Source: Anaerolineae bacterium
GTDB taxonomy: Bacteria; Chloroflexota; Anaerolineae; DTPP01
DNA: 64,000 bases
Reading direction: 5' to 3'
Assembly (NCBI GenBank): GCA_049969295.1
Contig: JBMFPD010000001.1
Span: 332 to 64,331, forward strand
Shown: positions 40,343-49,859 of the stretch, piece after piece
Numbering within the stretch: the first letter of the stretch is position 1
How the letters are laid out: each line of letters starts with the position of its first letter
Made by a program: the position numbers and the translations under genes
The notes under the pieces: model-generated
The model's input: only the letters and a program-made list of their open reading frames with translations
Told to the model about the DNA's origin: nothing
The model's database searches: none

Positions 40343-41924
40343 AGGGCGCAACCTCGTCCTGACCGGCCTCATGGGGACGGGCAAGAGCCGCGTTGGGCGG
40401 CTGCTGGCCGCCGCGCTGGGCCGGGAGTTCGCCGATACCGACGCCCTCATCGTCCAGCGGGAGGGACGCTCCATCGCCGAGATCTTCGCCCACTCCGGCG
40501 AGCCTTACTTCCGCCAGGTGGAACTCCAGGTATGCCGGGAACTGGGAGCGCGGCGCGACCTGGTCATCGCCACGGGAGGCGGCGCGCTGGTGCACGAGGC
40601 CGGGCGGCAGGCCCTGGGGCGGAACGGCCTCGTCGTCTGCCTGCGGGGAGCCCCCAGGACCCTTGCCCAGCGCGTGGTGCAGGACGAAGAGACCCGCCCC
40701 CTCCTCCTGGGGAAGGACCCGGAGGCGGCTCTGGAGGCCCTCTGGCGGGCGCGGCGCAACGCCTACGCCCTGGCCCCTCTCCAGGTGGCCACCGACGGCC
40801 GCACTCCCGAGGAGGTGTGCCAGGCCATCCTGGATGCCCTCCAGCCCCGCCTGGACCGCCTGGAGCAGGTGCCCGTCTCGGTGCCCGGCGAGAAGGGATA
40901 CGCCGTCTGGCTGGGGGCCGGGGCGCTACGCCTCACGCCCCAGATGGTCCCCCTGCCGAAGGGCCGCCTCGCGGCTCTGGTGTGGGATGCCCACATCCCG
41001 GAGAGCCTGCCGGAGGATGTCCGCCGGGCCTGGGAGGAGGCCGGGTGCCGCGTGGCCTCCATCCCCCTGGAGGTGACGGAGGAGACCAAGACCCTGGCGA
41101 CGGCCGCCGCGCTGTACGACCGGTTCCTGGAGGCGCGCCTGGATCGGGGGACCCCGGTCCTCATCCTGGGGGGCGGGGTGACGACGGACCTGGTGGGGTT
41201 TGCCGCGGCCACCTTCATGCGGGGTCTCCCCACCTTCACCCTGCCCACCACCCTCCTGGGCGCAGTGGACGCCAGCGTGGGCGGCAAGACTGGCGTCAAC
41301 CTGCCCCAGGGGAAGAACCTGGTGGGCGTCGTCTGGCCGCCCAGGGCCGTGGCCGTGGACCCGGTGGCCCTCTACACCCTGCCTGACGAGGAAATCCGCG
41401 CCGGCCTGGCCGAGACAGTCAAGGCGGGGGTGATCGGCTCGCCCGCGCTCTTCACCCACCTGGAAACGAACGGCCTGGAGGACCTCCCCTGGATCGTGGC
41501 CGAGGCGGTGCGGGTCAAGGCCCGCGTCGTGAGCGAAGACCCCTACGAGCGGGGACCCCGTGCCTATCTGAACCTGGGGCACACCTTCGGCCACGCACTG
41601 GAGGTCCTCTCGGGGTACCGCCTCCCCCACGGACGGGCGGTGGCGATGGGGATGGTCGTGGCGGCGCGCCTGGGCGAGGTCCTGGGCCTGGTGGATGCGG
41701 CTTTCACGGCGCGCCTTGTGGCCCTCATGGAGGCCCTGGGCCTTCCCACCCGTCCTCCCGACCTCCCCTTTGACGAGGTGTGGCAGGCCATGCACGCCGA
41801 CAAGAAGAAGCAGGCCGGCCGGCTGCGTTTCGTGGTGCCGGCCGGCATCGGGAAGGTCGTCCTGCGGGACGACGTGACGGACGCCCAGGTGCGGGAAGCC
41901 TGGGAAAGGAGCATGACGCCATGA
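40332..41924 (+). CDS. aroKB: Bifunctional shikimate kinase / 3-dehydroquinate synthase (AroK-AroB fusion)
   Basis: The N-terminus has the P-loop GLMGTGKS (shikimate kinase); the C-terminal ~360 aa are the DHQ synthase fold (..[15 protein letters not shown]..). GTG start overlapping the aroC stop. Confidence 0.85.
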   Translation: MIAEGRNLVLTGLMGTGKSRVGRLLAAALGREFADTDALIVQREGRSIAEIFAHSGEPYFRQVELQVCRELGARRDLVIATGGGALVHEAGRQALGRNGLVVCLRGAPRTLAQRVVQDEETRPLLLGKDPEAALEALWRARRNAYALAPLQVATDGRTPEEVCQAILDALQPRLDRLEQVPVSVPGEKGYAVWLGAGALRLTPQMVPLPKGRLAALVWDAHIPESLPEDVRRAWEEAGCRVASIPLEVTEETKTLATAAALYDRFLEARLDRGTPVLILGGGVTTDLVGFAAATFMRGLPTFTLPTTLLGAVDASVGGKTGVNLPQGKNLVGVVWPPRAVAVDPVALYTLPDEEIRAGLAETVKAGVIGSPALFTHLETNGLEDLPWIVAEAVRVKARVVSEDPYERGPRAYLNLGHTFGHALEVLSGYRLPHGRAVAMGMVVAARLGEVLGLVDAAFTARLVALMEALGLPTRPPDLPFDEVWQAMHADKKKQAGRLRFVVPAGIGKVVLRDDVTDAQVREAWERSMTP

Positions 41925-42352
41925 CCCATCGCATCCTGGTCCTGCAAGGCCCGAACCTGAACCTCCTGGGGACCCGGGAGCCGGAGATCTACGGCACCAT
42001 GACGCTGGAGGACATCCACCGGGCCATGGAAGAGTGGGCGCGGCCGCGCGGGGTGGAGTTGCGCTTCGTGCAGTCCAACCACGAGGGCGACCTGGTGGAC
42101 GCCCTGCACGAGGCCCGGGGATGGGCCACGGGGGTCATCTGCAACCCCGGGGCCTACGCCCACTACGGCCTTGCCCTGCGGGATGCCATCGCTGCCGTGG
42201 GCCTGCCCACGGTGGAGGTGCACCTCTCCAACGTCTACGCTCGGGAACCGTTCCGGCGGCGGTCGGTCCTCGCGCCGGTCTGCCGGGGGGTTATCGCCGG
42301 GCTGGGCTGGCGGGGGTACCTCCTGGCCCTGGAGGCCCTGGCTGGGGGCTGA
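41921..42352 (+). CDS. aroQ: 3-dehydroquinate dehydratase type II
   Basis: [25 protein letters not shown]...; the start overlaps the aroKB stop in ATGA. Confidence 0.9.
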   Translation: MTHRILVLQGPNLNLLGTREPEIYGTMTLEDIHRAMEEWARPRGVELRFVQSNHEGDLVDALHEARGWATGVICNPGAYAHYGLALRDAIAAVGLPTVEVHLSNVYAREPFRRRSVLAPVCRGVIAGLGWRGYLLALEALAGG

Positions 42353-42384
42353 GCCCGCCAGCCCTCCCGCGCCCTCCAGGGGAG

Positions 42385-42412
42385 TTGTCCCCCCTGCTGG
42401 GGATGGTATAAT
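42385..42412 (+). promoter_or_regulatory. Sigma-70-like promoter (-35 TTGTCC, 16-nt spacer, extended -10 TGGTATAAT) upstream of the small ORF and prs
   Basis: Read directly from the sequence. Confidence 0.45.
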
Positions 42413-42544
42413 ACCGACGCGACCAGGCCTGGGCCACGACGGGGCATAGAGGCAGGCCCTGCGCTGGGGCGGCGCAGGCATCGCCTCTACCGGGCGGCAC
42501 CAGGCGCGAAAGGGTCCCCAGACGACCTCAGCAGGAGGGACAGC

Positions 42545-42859
42545 GTGAGCCTTCTCAAGAAACTCTCCGGCCTCTTCGCCGGGGGTGGCGAGGCCGGCGT
42601 GCTCTGGATCTACGTCCGCTGCGATGCCTGTGGCGAGGTCATCGCCAGCCGCATCAACCTGGCCAACGACCCCAGCCCCACCTACGAGGGCGGCGACCGG
42701 GCGTTCTACCTGCACAAGACGCTCATCGGTTCTCGCCGGGGATGCTACCGCCCCATTGAGGTGGACCTGACCTTTGACGCCAACCGACGCCTCACCTCCA
42801 GGGAGGCCCGGGGAGGGACCTTCGTCACCCGGGAGGAGTTCCTGGCTCAAGAACCGTAG
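42545..42859 (+). CDS. Hypothetical small protein (104 aa) with a CDACGE motif
   Basis: GTG start after AGGAGGG; high GC3 coding bias; no family recognised. Confidence 0.55.
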   Translation: MSLLKKLSGLFAGGGEAGVLWIYVRCDACGEVIASRINLANDPSPTYEGGDRAFYLHKTLIGSRRGCYRPIEVDLTFDANRRLTSREARGGTFVTREEFLAQEP

Positions 42860-42873
42860 CAGGAGGACAAGCC

Positions 42874-43845
42874 TTGGCTCCCGAAGACCGCGCCTCCGAC
42901 CCTTTCGCCAGGGTCCGCATCTTCAGCGGCCAGTCGCACCCCGACCTGGCGCGGGAGATCTGCACCTATCTGGGCGTCCCCCTCAGCCCTTCGGAGACCC
43001 GCCGCTTCCACAACGACAACCTCTTCGTCCAACTCCAGGCGAGCGTGCGGGAGAAGGAGGTCTTCATCATCCAGTCCCTGTCGCCCCCGGTGAGCGACCA
43101 CATCCTGGAACTCCTGCTCCTTCTGGATGCGGCGCGCAGCGCCTCGGCCCGGCGCATCACCGCGGTGATCCCTTATTTCTCCTACGCCCGCTCCGACAAG
43201 AAGGACGAGCCGCGCATCTCCATCGCCGCGCGCCTCATCGCCGACCTCCTGGTCACAGCAGGGGCCAGCCACGTCCTCACCATGGCCCTCCACTCGCCCC
43301 AGGTGCACGGCTTCTTCTCCGTGCCCACGGACCACCTGAGTTCGCTCTCCATCTTTGCGGAATACTTCCGCAAGAAGGACCTTTCGGACACGGTGGTGGT
43401 CTCGCCCGACATCGGCCATGCCAAGCGTGCCCGGGACCTGGCCCGCTCCCTGGGGCTCCACATGGTAGCGGCCAACAAGCAACGTGTGGAGGACGAACGG
43501 GTGGAGGTGTTGGAGATCATCGGTGAGGTGAAGAACCGGCGGGCCATCATCTTTGACGATGAGATTGCCACCGGCGGCACGGTGATAGAGACCATCCAGG
43601 CGCTGAAGGCGCGGGGGGTGGAACGGTTCTACGTGGCTGCCACCCACGGGGTATTCTGCGGGCCGGCCAGGGAGCGCTTCGCCGCCCTTCCAGAAGTAGA
43701 AGAGATCGTCCTGACCAACACCGTCTACATGCCGCCAGAGAGGAGGCTGCCCAACATGGTCGTCCTCTCGGCAGCCCCCATCCTGGCCGAGGCCATCCGC
43801 CGCAACCTGATGGGCGAGTCGCTGCAGCCCCTTTTCGCCTACTGA
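42874..43845 (+). CDS. prs: Ribose-phosphate pyrophosphokinase
   Basis: PRPP synthetase family (..DLHSPQ..; PRPP-binding loop ..IIFDDEIATGGT..). TTG start after AGGAGGA. Confidence 0.88.
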   Translation: MAPEDRASDPFARVRIFSGQSHPDLAREICTYLGVPLSPSETRRFHNDNLFVQLQASVREKEVFIIQSLSPPVSDHILELLLLLDAARSASARRITAVIPYFSYARSDKKDEPRISIAARLIADLLVTAGASHVLTMALHSPQVHGFFSVPTDHLSSLSIFAEYFRKKDLSDTVVVSPDIGHAKRARDLARSLGLHMVAANKQRVEDERVEVLEIIGEVKNRRAIIFDDEIATGGTVIETIQALKARGVERFYVAATHGVFCGPARERFAALPEVEEIVLTNTVYMPPERRLPNMVVLSAAPILAEAIRRNLMGESLQPLFAY

Positions 43846-43897
43846 AGCCCCTTCCGCGGGATCGGAGGGCACGCGGTGGCGGGCTGCACACGTGTCC

Positions 43898-43984
43898 ATC
43901 TTCTGAGCACCCCTCCCCCCGCCTCCTCCCCGCGTGCGGGGAGAGGGCCGGGGGAGGGGTTGGAAGGCGCACGGCCGTGCGCCG
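43898..43984. repeat. GC-rich hairpin repeat, family copy B, between the convergent genes prs and the M1 peptidase
   Basis: CTTCTGAGCACCCCTCCCCCC...GCGGGGAGAGGG...GGCGCACGGCCGTGCGCC (perfect 18-nt palindrome). Confidence 0.7.
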
Positions 43985-45559
43985 CTACTCGCCAGCCCTG
44001 CGGACGCCGTACAGCCATTCGTGGTAGAGGGGGGCCAGGTCCCGGCCCGCGAGGCCCTCAGCCACCCGCAGGAAGTCCTGTCCCCGGGCGATGCGGTAGC
44101 GGTACTGGGCCGCGTAGTGCCGCAGGACCGCCAGGAACGCCTCGTCGCCCACCGCGGTGCGCAGGGCGTCCAGGAAGAGCGCACCCTTCTGGTAGACGAT
44201 GACCCCGTAGTCCGCCCGGGGGAAGGCCCCTGAAGGCTGGGCCACGGCCGCATCCCGTCCCTCCCGCACCAGGTTCTCGTACCGCTGGCGGAAGGCTTCC
44301 AGGATGCCTTTCGCCTCCTCCGGGCCGTGCACGTGCTCGTAGTACAGGACGGTGCTGTAGTTGGCCAGGGCCTCGTCCAGCCAGGGCTCATCCACCTGGT
44401 CGTTGCCCACCAGGTTGTACCACCACTGGTGGGCCATCTCGTGGGCCACTACGAACTCGGTGAAGGGGTCCTCCCGCGCGTACAGGGCCTCGGCCGCCAG
44501 GATCAGGCCCGGGTACTCAATCCCTGCCGCGCCGATCTCCGCCTCCGCCAGGTCCAGTTCGCGGTAGGGGTAGGGGCCGAAGAGGTCCCCGTAGAGGCGG
44601 AAAGCCTGCCGCGCGTAGTCCAGCACCGCCTGTCCCATCGCCGCGTGTCCGGGGAAGTAGAAGGAGCGGAGGCGCGTCCCGGAGGGATCGTCCTCCGTGA
44701 CGATCTGGTAGTCCCGGCTCAGGGCCAGGTTGAACTCCCGCGCCGGGCCGCTCACCAGGGTCCAGACGTGCCGGCCCTCCCTCCCGGCCTCGTCCACCAC
44801 GCTCCCCGTGGACGCCAGGATGTACCCCTCCGGGGCCTCCCAGACCACGCGGTAGAAGGCCATGTCGCTGTAGACCATGTCCCCGTGCTCCGGAGGGATC
44901 TCCTCGTTCCAGCCCGTCTCGTCGTAGACGGCCACCAGGGGGTAGAAGCCAGCCAGGGTCCAGGTGCCCTGGTGGACCCCGAACGCGCCGTACCCGCGGC
45001 TGGGCTCGCTGGAGACCTCTGTGCGGAAGGAGAAGGTCAGGGCGAGGCCCTGGCCCGGCGACAGGGGCGAGGGGAGGGGCAGGCGGGCCACGCTCCCCTC
45101 CTGGCGCAACTCGGGCTGGACGGCGTGGCCATCCACCTCCACGGAGGCAAGGTGCAGGCCAGCGCCAGGGCCCATCAGGTTGGGGTAGAGGCGCAGGACC
45201 AGCATGTCCAGCGGCACCGACTCGGTGTTGGTGTACCAGATGGACGCTTGCCCGAGGATGACACGCTCATCTTCCACCAGGGTGGCCGTGATGGCGTATC
45301 GGGTGGCCTGGCCCAGGAGGTCCAGGTCTCCCTGGAAGGAGGGAAGGAGAGCGGCGGCCTGGTCCTCCCCCTGCACCGGAGGCGGAGCGCTGGGGATGGG
45401 CATCGGGGCAGAGGCCGTGGGGGTTGCCCGGGGCGTGGGCTCTGCCGGTCCCGTGCTCTGGCAGGCGGCTGTGGCAACGAGCAGCACCGCCCCCGCCAGG
45501 GCAAGGAGGGAGCGCGAAAGGATGATGGAGGAAGGTGGGTGCTGGCGGGCCTCCCTCAT
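43985..45559 (-). CDS. M1-family zinc aminopeptidase, secreted lipoprotein
   Basis: HEMAHQWW...E zinc-binding motif. The N-terminus MREARQHPPSSIILSRSLLALAGAVLLVATAAC is a signal peptide plus lipobox. The start overlaps the upstream stop in ATGA. Confidence 0.8.
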   Translation of the reverse strand: MREARQHPPSSIILSRSLLALAGAVLLVATAACQSTGPAEPTPRATPTASAPMPIPSAPPPVQGEDQAAALLPSFQGDLDLLGQATRYAITATLVEDERVILGQASIWYTNTESVPLDMLVLRLYPNLMGPGAGLHLASVEVDGHAVQPELRQEGSVARLPLPSPLSPGQGLALTFSFRTEVSSEPSRGYGAFGVHQGTWTLAGFYPLVAVYDETGWNEEIPPEHGDMVYSDMAFYRVVWEAPEGYILASTGSVVDEAGREGRHVWTLVSGPAREFNLALSRDYQIVTEDDPSGTRLRSFYFPGHAAMGQAVLDYARQAFRLYGDLFGPYPYRELDLAEAEIGAAGIEYPGLILAAEALYAREDPFTEFVVAHEMAHQWWYNLVGNDQVDEPWLDEALANYSTVLYYEHVHGPEEAKGILEAFRQRYENLVREGRDAAVAQPSGAFPRADYGVIVYQKGALFLDALRTAVGDEAFLAVLRHYAAQYRYRIARGQDFLRVAEGLAGRDLAPLYHEWLYGVRRAGE

Positions 45560-47649
45560 CGTCCGAAGGCCAACCCTTCTACCTGGACCCGCCACCGGAG
45601 GTCCAGCGCCAGGCTTTCCGTTGCCGCGCTTCCCCCTAGAGGCTCCACGCGGTAGGTGTAGTAGCCCCACTCCGTGGTGATGGGGGTCACGGCCGAGATG
45701 GCCAGCACGGCCTGGGTCACTTCCCGGCCCAGGCCCAGGAGGTCCAGGGAACCGCGGTTTTCGGCATCCAGGGGCATCTCTCGGACGCGGAGGTCGCCCC
45801 CGGCCCATTCCACCAGTTGCACGGCGAAGCCCTGAGGCACGAAGTTGGTGGAGCGCACGAAGCCCCGCGCCTCCCATGTGGGGTCTTCCTCCTCGGCGCC
45901 GTCGTGGAAGCCGATCTCCGGGATGGCGATGTCGTCCAGGGCCCAGCCCGTGGCGTGGTAGGCGTCGTCGGTCACGTACTCAAAGCGCAGGAGGATTTCC
46001 CTCCCGGCGTAGGGGGTGAGGTCCATGCGTTCGTCCACCCAGCGGGGCTCGTCCCCCTTGCGGCCGCCGCTCACGCCGGTGTAGCCCCAGCCGTAGTTGT
46101 TGCCCATGGGGTTCTTGTCGCTCATGTGGGCCCCTCGGAGAAGGGTCCAGGTTGCCCCGCCGTCGGTGGAGACGGCCACGTAGCCGAAGTCCCATCCGTC
46201 CTCAATCTGGTACCAGGTGCGGAAGGAGAGGGTGGCCTGGGAGACGCCCCGCAGGTCCACGGGCCGCGTGAGGGTGATGTCGCGCTGGTTCGCCCGCCCG
46301 GAATACCAGAAAGCCCGGCCCTCCGCGGGGAACGTCGGCACGAGCCTGGTGCGGGACGAGCCGTCAAAGCGGATCGTGAGGTCCACGGCTCCATCCCTGG
46401 GTGGGGCGAGGAGGAGGTAGTCGGTGCCGTACTGGTGGACGGTCCCTTCGCCGTGGGCCGGGTAGCGGGTGATGCGCCGGCCCACCCGGACCGTCCCGTG
46501 GCGGCGGGCATAGGAGACGCTGCCGAAGGGGAGCCTCCTCTGGTCTTCGCGCGGGACGATGTTGGCCATGGCCCACTGGCGGAAGAAGGTGTCGAAGTCC
46601 ACCCCCAGGCGCGAGAGCACGGCGTCGTACCCGGCGATGCCGGTGCGCGGGTCGGTGGCCAGGGCGCGCAGCGCCTCCTCGCCGAAGCGGTCGTAGAAGT
46701 AGGCTGCGAAGAGGTACGAGGCCCCGTAGTGCACGGGCGAGCGGCCCATCTCGTCGGTCCAGGCGTTCAGTTGGGTGTCGGGGAAGAGGTCAAAGACGAC
46801 CTCGGACCCATCGGTGGTGTAGCCGTTCAGGGTCATGGCCAGTTCCGAAAGGCCCTCCTCCACCCAGCCATCCTCGCCGCGGTTCTGGTTCCACTGGATC
46901 ATGTGCTGGAACTCGTGGGCCAGCACCGCGCTGTAGAGGTCCGTGCCTGGCGTCAGGGTGTCCAGGTTGACGTAGAAGATCTCCTTCTCGTTGGATTGGG
47001 GGTGGACGGCCCTGGGGACCTCGTCCACGCTGGAGAAGTACCCACCCACGCCCGGGACCCGGCCGTTGAAGATGTGCACCCGCGCCTCGCCATCTATGCC
47101 TGGCGACCACTCCGAGCCGAAGTAGCGCCGGTTCGTCTCGTAGATGGCGTCAAAGGCCATCCCCTGCCGCCGCAACTGGTCCTCGTCGGGGGGATCTCGC
47201 AGGTCCACCTGGACCCAGAAGTAGGCGTGCTGGGAGATGTAGCGCAGTTCGGCCTCGGCCTGGAAGAAGCGGGGCTGCTCGGGGCGGCTGTGGTCCACCA
47301 CCCAGAACGCCTCTCGGTCGCCGAGGGAGCGCTCCGGCGGTTCGGTGTGGGCTGGCCTGAGGGCCTCAGGGGGCACCCCCTTCAGGCGGCGGGCCAGGTC
47401 CCCCAGGTCGCGCACGGGCAGGTCCGCCGCCAGGGCCTGGGCCAGAGCCGCTTCGTCCTCAGGGGAGGGGGGCAGGTGCAGGTCGGGGATGGCCTTGGGG
47501 ACCCGTTCTGGGAGCAGGAAGGTGGCTTGCTCCCGCACGAGCCTGTACCCCGCGTACCCGCCGAGCCCCAGGCAGGCCACGAGGCACCCGCAGCAGGCGA
47601 GGATTGCCAGGGCGACAATGGTGAGCCAGCGTGGAGCAGGTTTTCGCAT
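45556..47649 (-). CDS. M6-family (immune inhibitor A-like) metalloprotease with an N-terminal membrane anchor
   Basis: HEFQHMIQW motif and an N-terminal hydrophobic segment. Confidence 0.75.
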   Translation of the reverse strand: MRKPAPRWLTIVALAILACCGCLVACLGLGGYAGYRLVREQATFLLPERVPKAIPDLHLPPSPEDEAALAQALAADLPVRDLGDLARRLKGVPPEALRPAHTEPPERSLGDREAFWVVDHSRPEQPRFFQAEAELRYISQHAYFWVQVDLRDPPDEDQLRRQGMAFDAIYETNRRYFGSEWSPGIDGEARVHIFNGRVPGVGGYFSSVDEVPRAVHPQSNEKEIFYVNLDTLTPGTDLYSAVLAHEFQHMIQWNQNRGEDGWVEEGLSELAMTLNGYTTDGSEVVFDLFPDTQLNAWTDEMGRSPVHYGASYLFAAYFYDRFGEEALRALATDPRTGIAGYDAVLSRLGVDFDTFFRQWAMANIVPREDQRRLPFGSVSYARRHGTVRVGRRITRYPAHGEGTVHQYGTDYLLLAPPRDGAVDLTIRFDGSSRTRLVPTFPAEGRAFWYSGRANQRDITLTRPVDLRGVSQATLSFRTWYQIEDGWDFGYVAVSTDGGATWTLLRGAHMSDKNPMGNNYGWGYTGVSGGRKGDEPRWVDERMDLTPYAGREILLRFEYVTDDAYHATGWALDDIAIPEIGFHDGAEEEDPTWEARGFVRSTNFVPQGFAVQLVEWAGGDLRVREMPLDAENRGSLDLLGLGREVTQAVLAISAVTPITTEWGYYTYRVEPLGGSAATESLALDLRWRVQVEGLAFGR

Positions 47650-47665
47650 GGCCGGTCTCCGCCCG

Positions 47666-48949
47666 TCAACTTTCCCGCCGGATGCGGGCCCCCAGGGCCT
47701 GCAACTTGAGGTCCACCCGCTCGTAGCCGCGGTCTATCTGGCCGATGTTGCGGATGACGCTCTCGCCCTCGGCGCACAGGCTGGCGATGAGGAGGGCCAT
47801 GCCGGCGCGGATGTCGGGGCTCTCCAGGCGCTCCCCGTGCAGGCGGGCTGGCCCCACCACCACCGCCCGGTGGGGGTCGCAGAGGATGATGCGCGCCCCC
47901 ATGGCGATCAGTTTGTCCACGAAGTAGAGGCGGCTCTCAAACATCTTCTCGTGGATGAGGACGGTCCCCCGCGCCTGCGTCGCCACCACCAGGGCGATGC
48001 TCATCATGTCGGCTGGGAAGGCGGGCCACGGGCCGTCGTCTATCTTGGGGATGGCCTGGAGCGCGTCGTCCACCACCCGCAGGTCCTGGCCGTCGGGCAC
48101 CACCACGTCGTCGCCGCGGACCTCCACACGGACCCCCAGGCGGCCCATCACCAGGTTGATCATGCGCAGGTTCTCCACCCCGGCGTCCTTGATGACGATC
48201 TCCCCGGGCGTGACGGCCCCCAGCCCGATGAAGGAGCCCACCTCAATGTGGTCCGGGGCGATGCGCCAGCGGGTCCCGTGGAGGCGGGGGACCCCGTGCA
48301 CCACCAGGGTGTTGGAGCCGATCCCCTCAATGCGCGCGCCCATCTGGTTGAGGACGCGGGCCAGGTCCTGGACGTGGGGCTCCGAGGCCGCGTTGCGGAG
48401 GACGGTGGTCCCCTCGGCCAGGACGGCCGCCATGAGCGCGTTCTCCGTCCCTGTGACGCTGGCCTCGTCCAGGAGGATGTCTGTCCCCCTGAGCCGTTCG
48501 GCGCGCATGGTGAGGGTGGAGCCGCCGTTCTCCTCCACTGTAGCGCCCAGGGCGCTCAGGGCCAGAAGGTGGGTGTCCAGCCGCCGCCGTCCGATGACAT
48601 CGCCTCCCGGCAGGGGCACCTGGACCTCCCCCTGCCGCGCCAGGAGGGGCCCCGCCAGGAGGATGGAGCCCCGGATCTGGCGGCACAGTTCCGGATCCAA
48701 CGGAGCCTGGCGCAGGCGGCGGGCCTGCAGGGTCAGCTGGTGGTCGCCCGTCTCCTCTACCTCCACGCCGAGCGCGCGCAGGAGCGCGCACATGGTCTCC
48801 ACGTCGCGGATCCTGGGGACGTTGTCCAGGACGAGGGGTTCGTCCGTCAGGAGCGAGGCGGCGAGCATCGGCAGGGCCGCGTTCTTGTTGCCGCTGGGGT
48901 ACACTGTTCCCTGGAGGGGATATCCTCCCTCAATGACAAAGCGTTCCAT
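47666..48949 (-). CDS. murA: UDP-N-acetylglucosamine 1-carboxyvinyltransferase
   Basis: 427 aa from [27 protein letters not shown]...; the track ORF has a 100-aa spurious extension. Confidence 0.9.
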   Translation of the reverse strand: MERFVIEGGYPLQGTVYPSGNKNAALPMLAASLLTDEPLVLDNVPRIRDVETMCALLRALGVEVEETGDHQLTLQARRLRQAPLDPELCRQIRGSILLAGPLLARQGEVQVPLPGGDVIGRRRLDTHLLALSALGATVEENGGSTLTMRAERLRGTDILLDEASVTGTENALMAAVLAEGTTVLRNAASEPHVQDLARVLNQMGARIEGIGSNTLVVHGVPRLHGTRWRIAPDHIEVGSFIGLGAVTPGEIVIKDAGVENLRMINLVMGRLGVRVEVRGDDVVVPDGQDLRVVDDALQAIPKIDDGPWPAFPADMMSIALVVATQARGTVLIHEKMFESRLYFVDKLIAMGARIILCDPHRAVVVGPARLHGERLESPDIRAGMALLIASLCAEGESVIRNIGQIDRGYERVDLKLQALGARIRRES

Positions 48950-48974
48950 GGCGCTAACCTTTCCACAACGCAGA

Positions 48975-49763
48975 TTACAGGACGGTCCGCCGGGCCACGA
49001 GGCGCGCCCCTCGTCCCAGGCCCAGCGTGCGGGCGGCGTGGCCGTTGCGCTGGGCCACCTCCACCCGACCGCTGGACCCCACGAGGGCCAGGAGCGCGCC
49101 CTCCGGCACCGCTCCGTAGGCCGGCTGGAGGCCCCGGAGCAGGTGCCCCGCCACCTCAAAGGTCCAGGCCTCCGGCGGGCCATCCAAGTCTTCCGCCCTG
49201 AGGTTCGTGATGCAGTTGCCGAACCGGTCCACGTGGAGCACCTCCGCAAGCCAGGTGCCAGGGCCCGCCGCCACAGGCTTCGGGAGGTCCAGGCGCACCG
49301 GATCGGAGATGCGGGGGCCCAGGGCTTCCAGGGGCACGCCCCGTGCCAGGTGTGCGGCCACGGGCGCGAAGAGATCCCGGCCGTGGAAGGTCCGGCTCAC
49401 CGGCTGGCGGAAGAACCGGCTCTCCGTCAGGTGGACGACGGCCTTCTCCCCCGGCAGGTCCAGGGCGGGGGTCAGCACGCCGTTGTCCGGGCCGACGAAG
49501 AGGGCCTGCTCCGTACGGACGGCGATGGGCCGGCGCTCCGTGCCGACGCCAGGGTCCACCACGACGAGGTGGATGGTCTGGGGTGGGAAGCAGGGCAGGA
49601 TGCCCTCCAGCAGGAGGGCTGCGTACAGCACGTCCTGGGGCGGCACCTGGTGCGAGACGTCCACGAGCACGGCATCGGGCGCCAGGCCCAGGATCACCCC
49701 CTTCATGGCCGCCACATAGGTGTCTTCCAGGCCGAAGTCAGTGGTGAGCGTCACGATCCGCAC
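48975..49763 (-). CDS. S-adenosyl-L-methionine hydrolase (adenosine-forming; DUF62 / fluorinase-chlorinase-like family)
   Basis: ..[27 protein letters not shown].. The GTG at 49763 follows GGGGGA; in-frame alternatives are at 49784 and 49811. Confidence 0.75.
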   Translation of the reverse strand: MRIVTLTTDFGLEDTYVAAMKGVILGLAPDAVLVDVSHQVPPQDVLYAALLLEGILPCFPPQTIHLVVVDPGVGTERRPIAVRTEQALFVGPDNGVLTPALDLPGEKAVVHLTESRFFRQPVSRTFHGRDLFAPVAAHLARGVPLEALGPRISDPVRLDLPKPVAAGPGTWLAEVLHVDRFGNCITNLRAEDLDGPPEAWTFEVAGHLLRGLQPAYGAVPEGALLALVGSSGRVEVAQRNGHAARTLGLGRGARLVARRTVL

Positions 49764-49859
49764 AGATGTTCCCCCCGGGGGCATTGTACCGCAGGCGGTG
49801 AGGGGCGTCAACCGGGCCGCGGCCCACCGCCCCCGGTTCCGCGCGCCCCTCCTGCCCCC

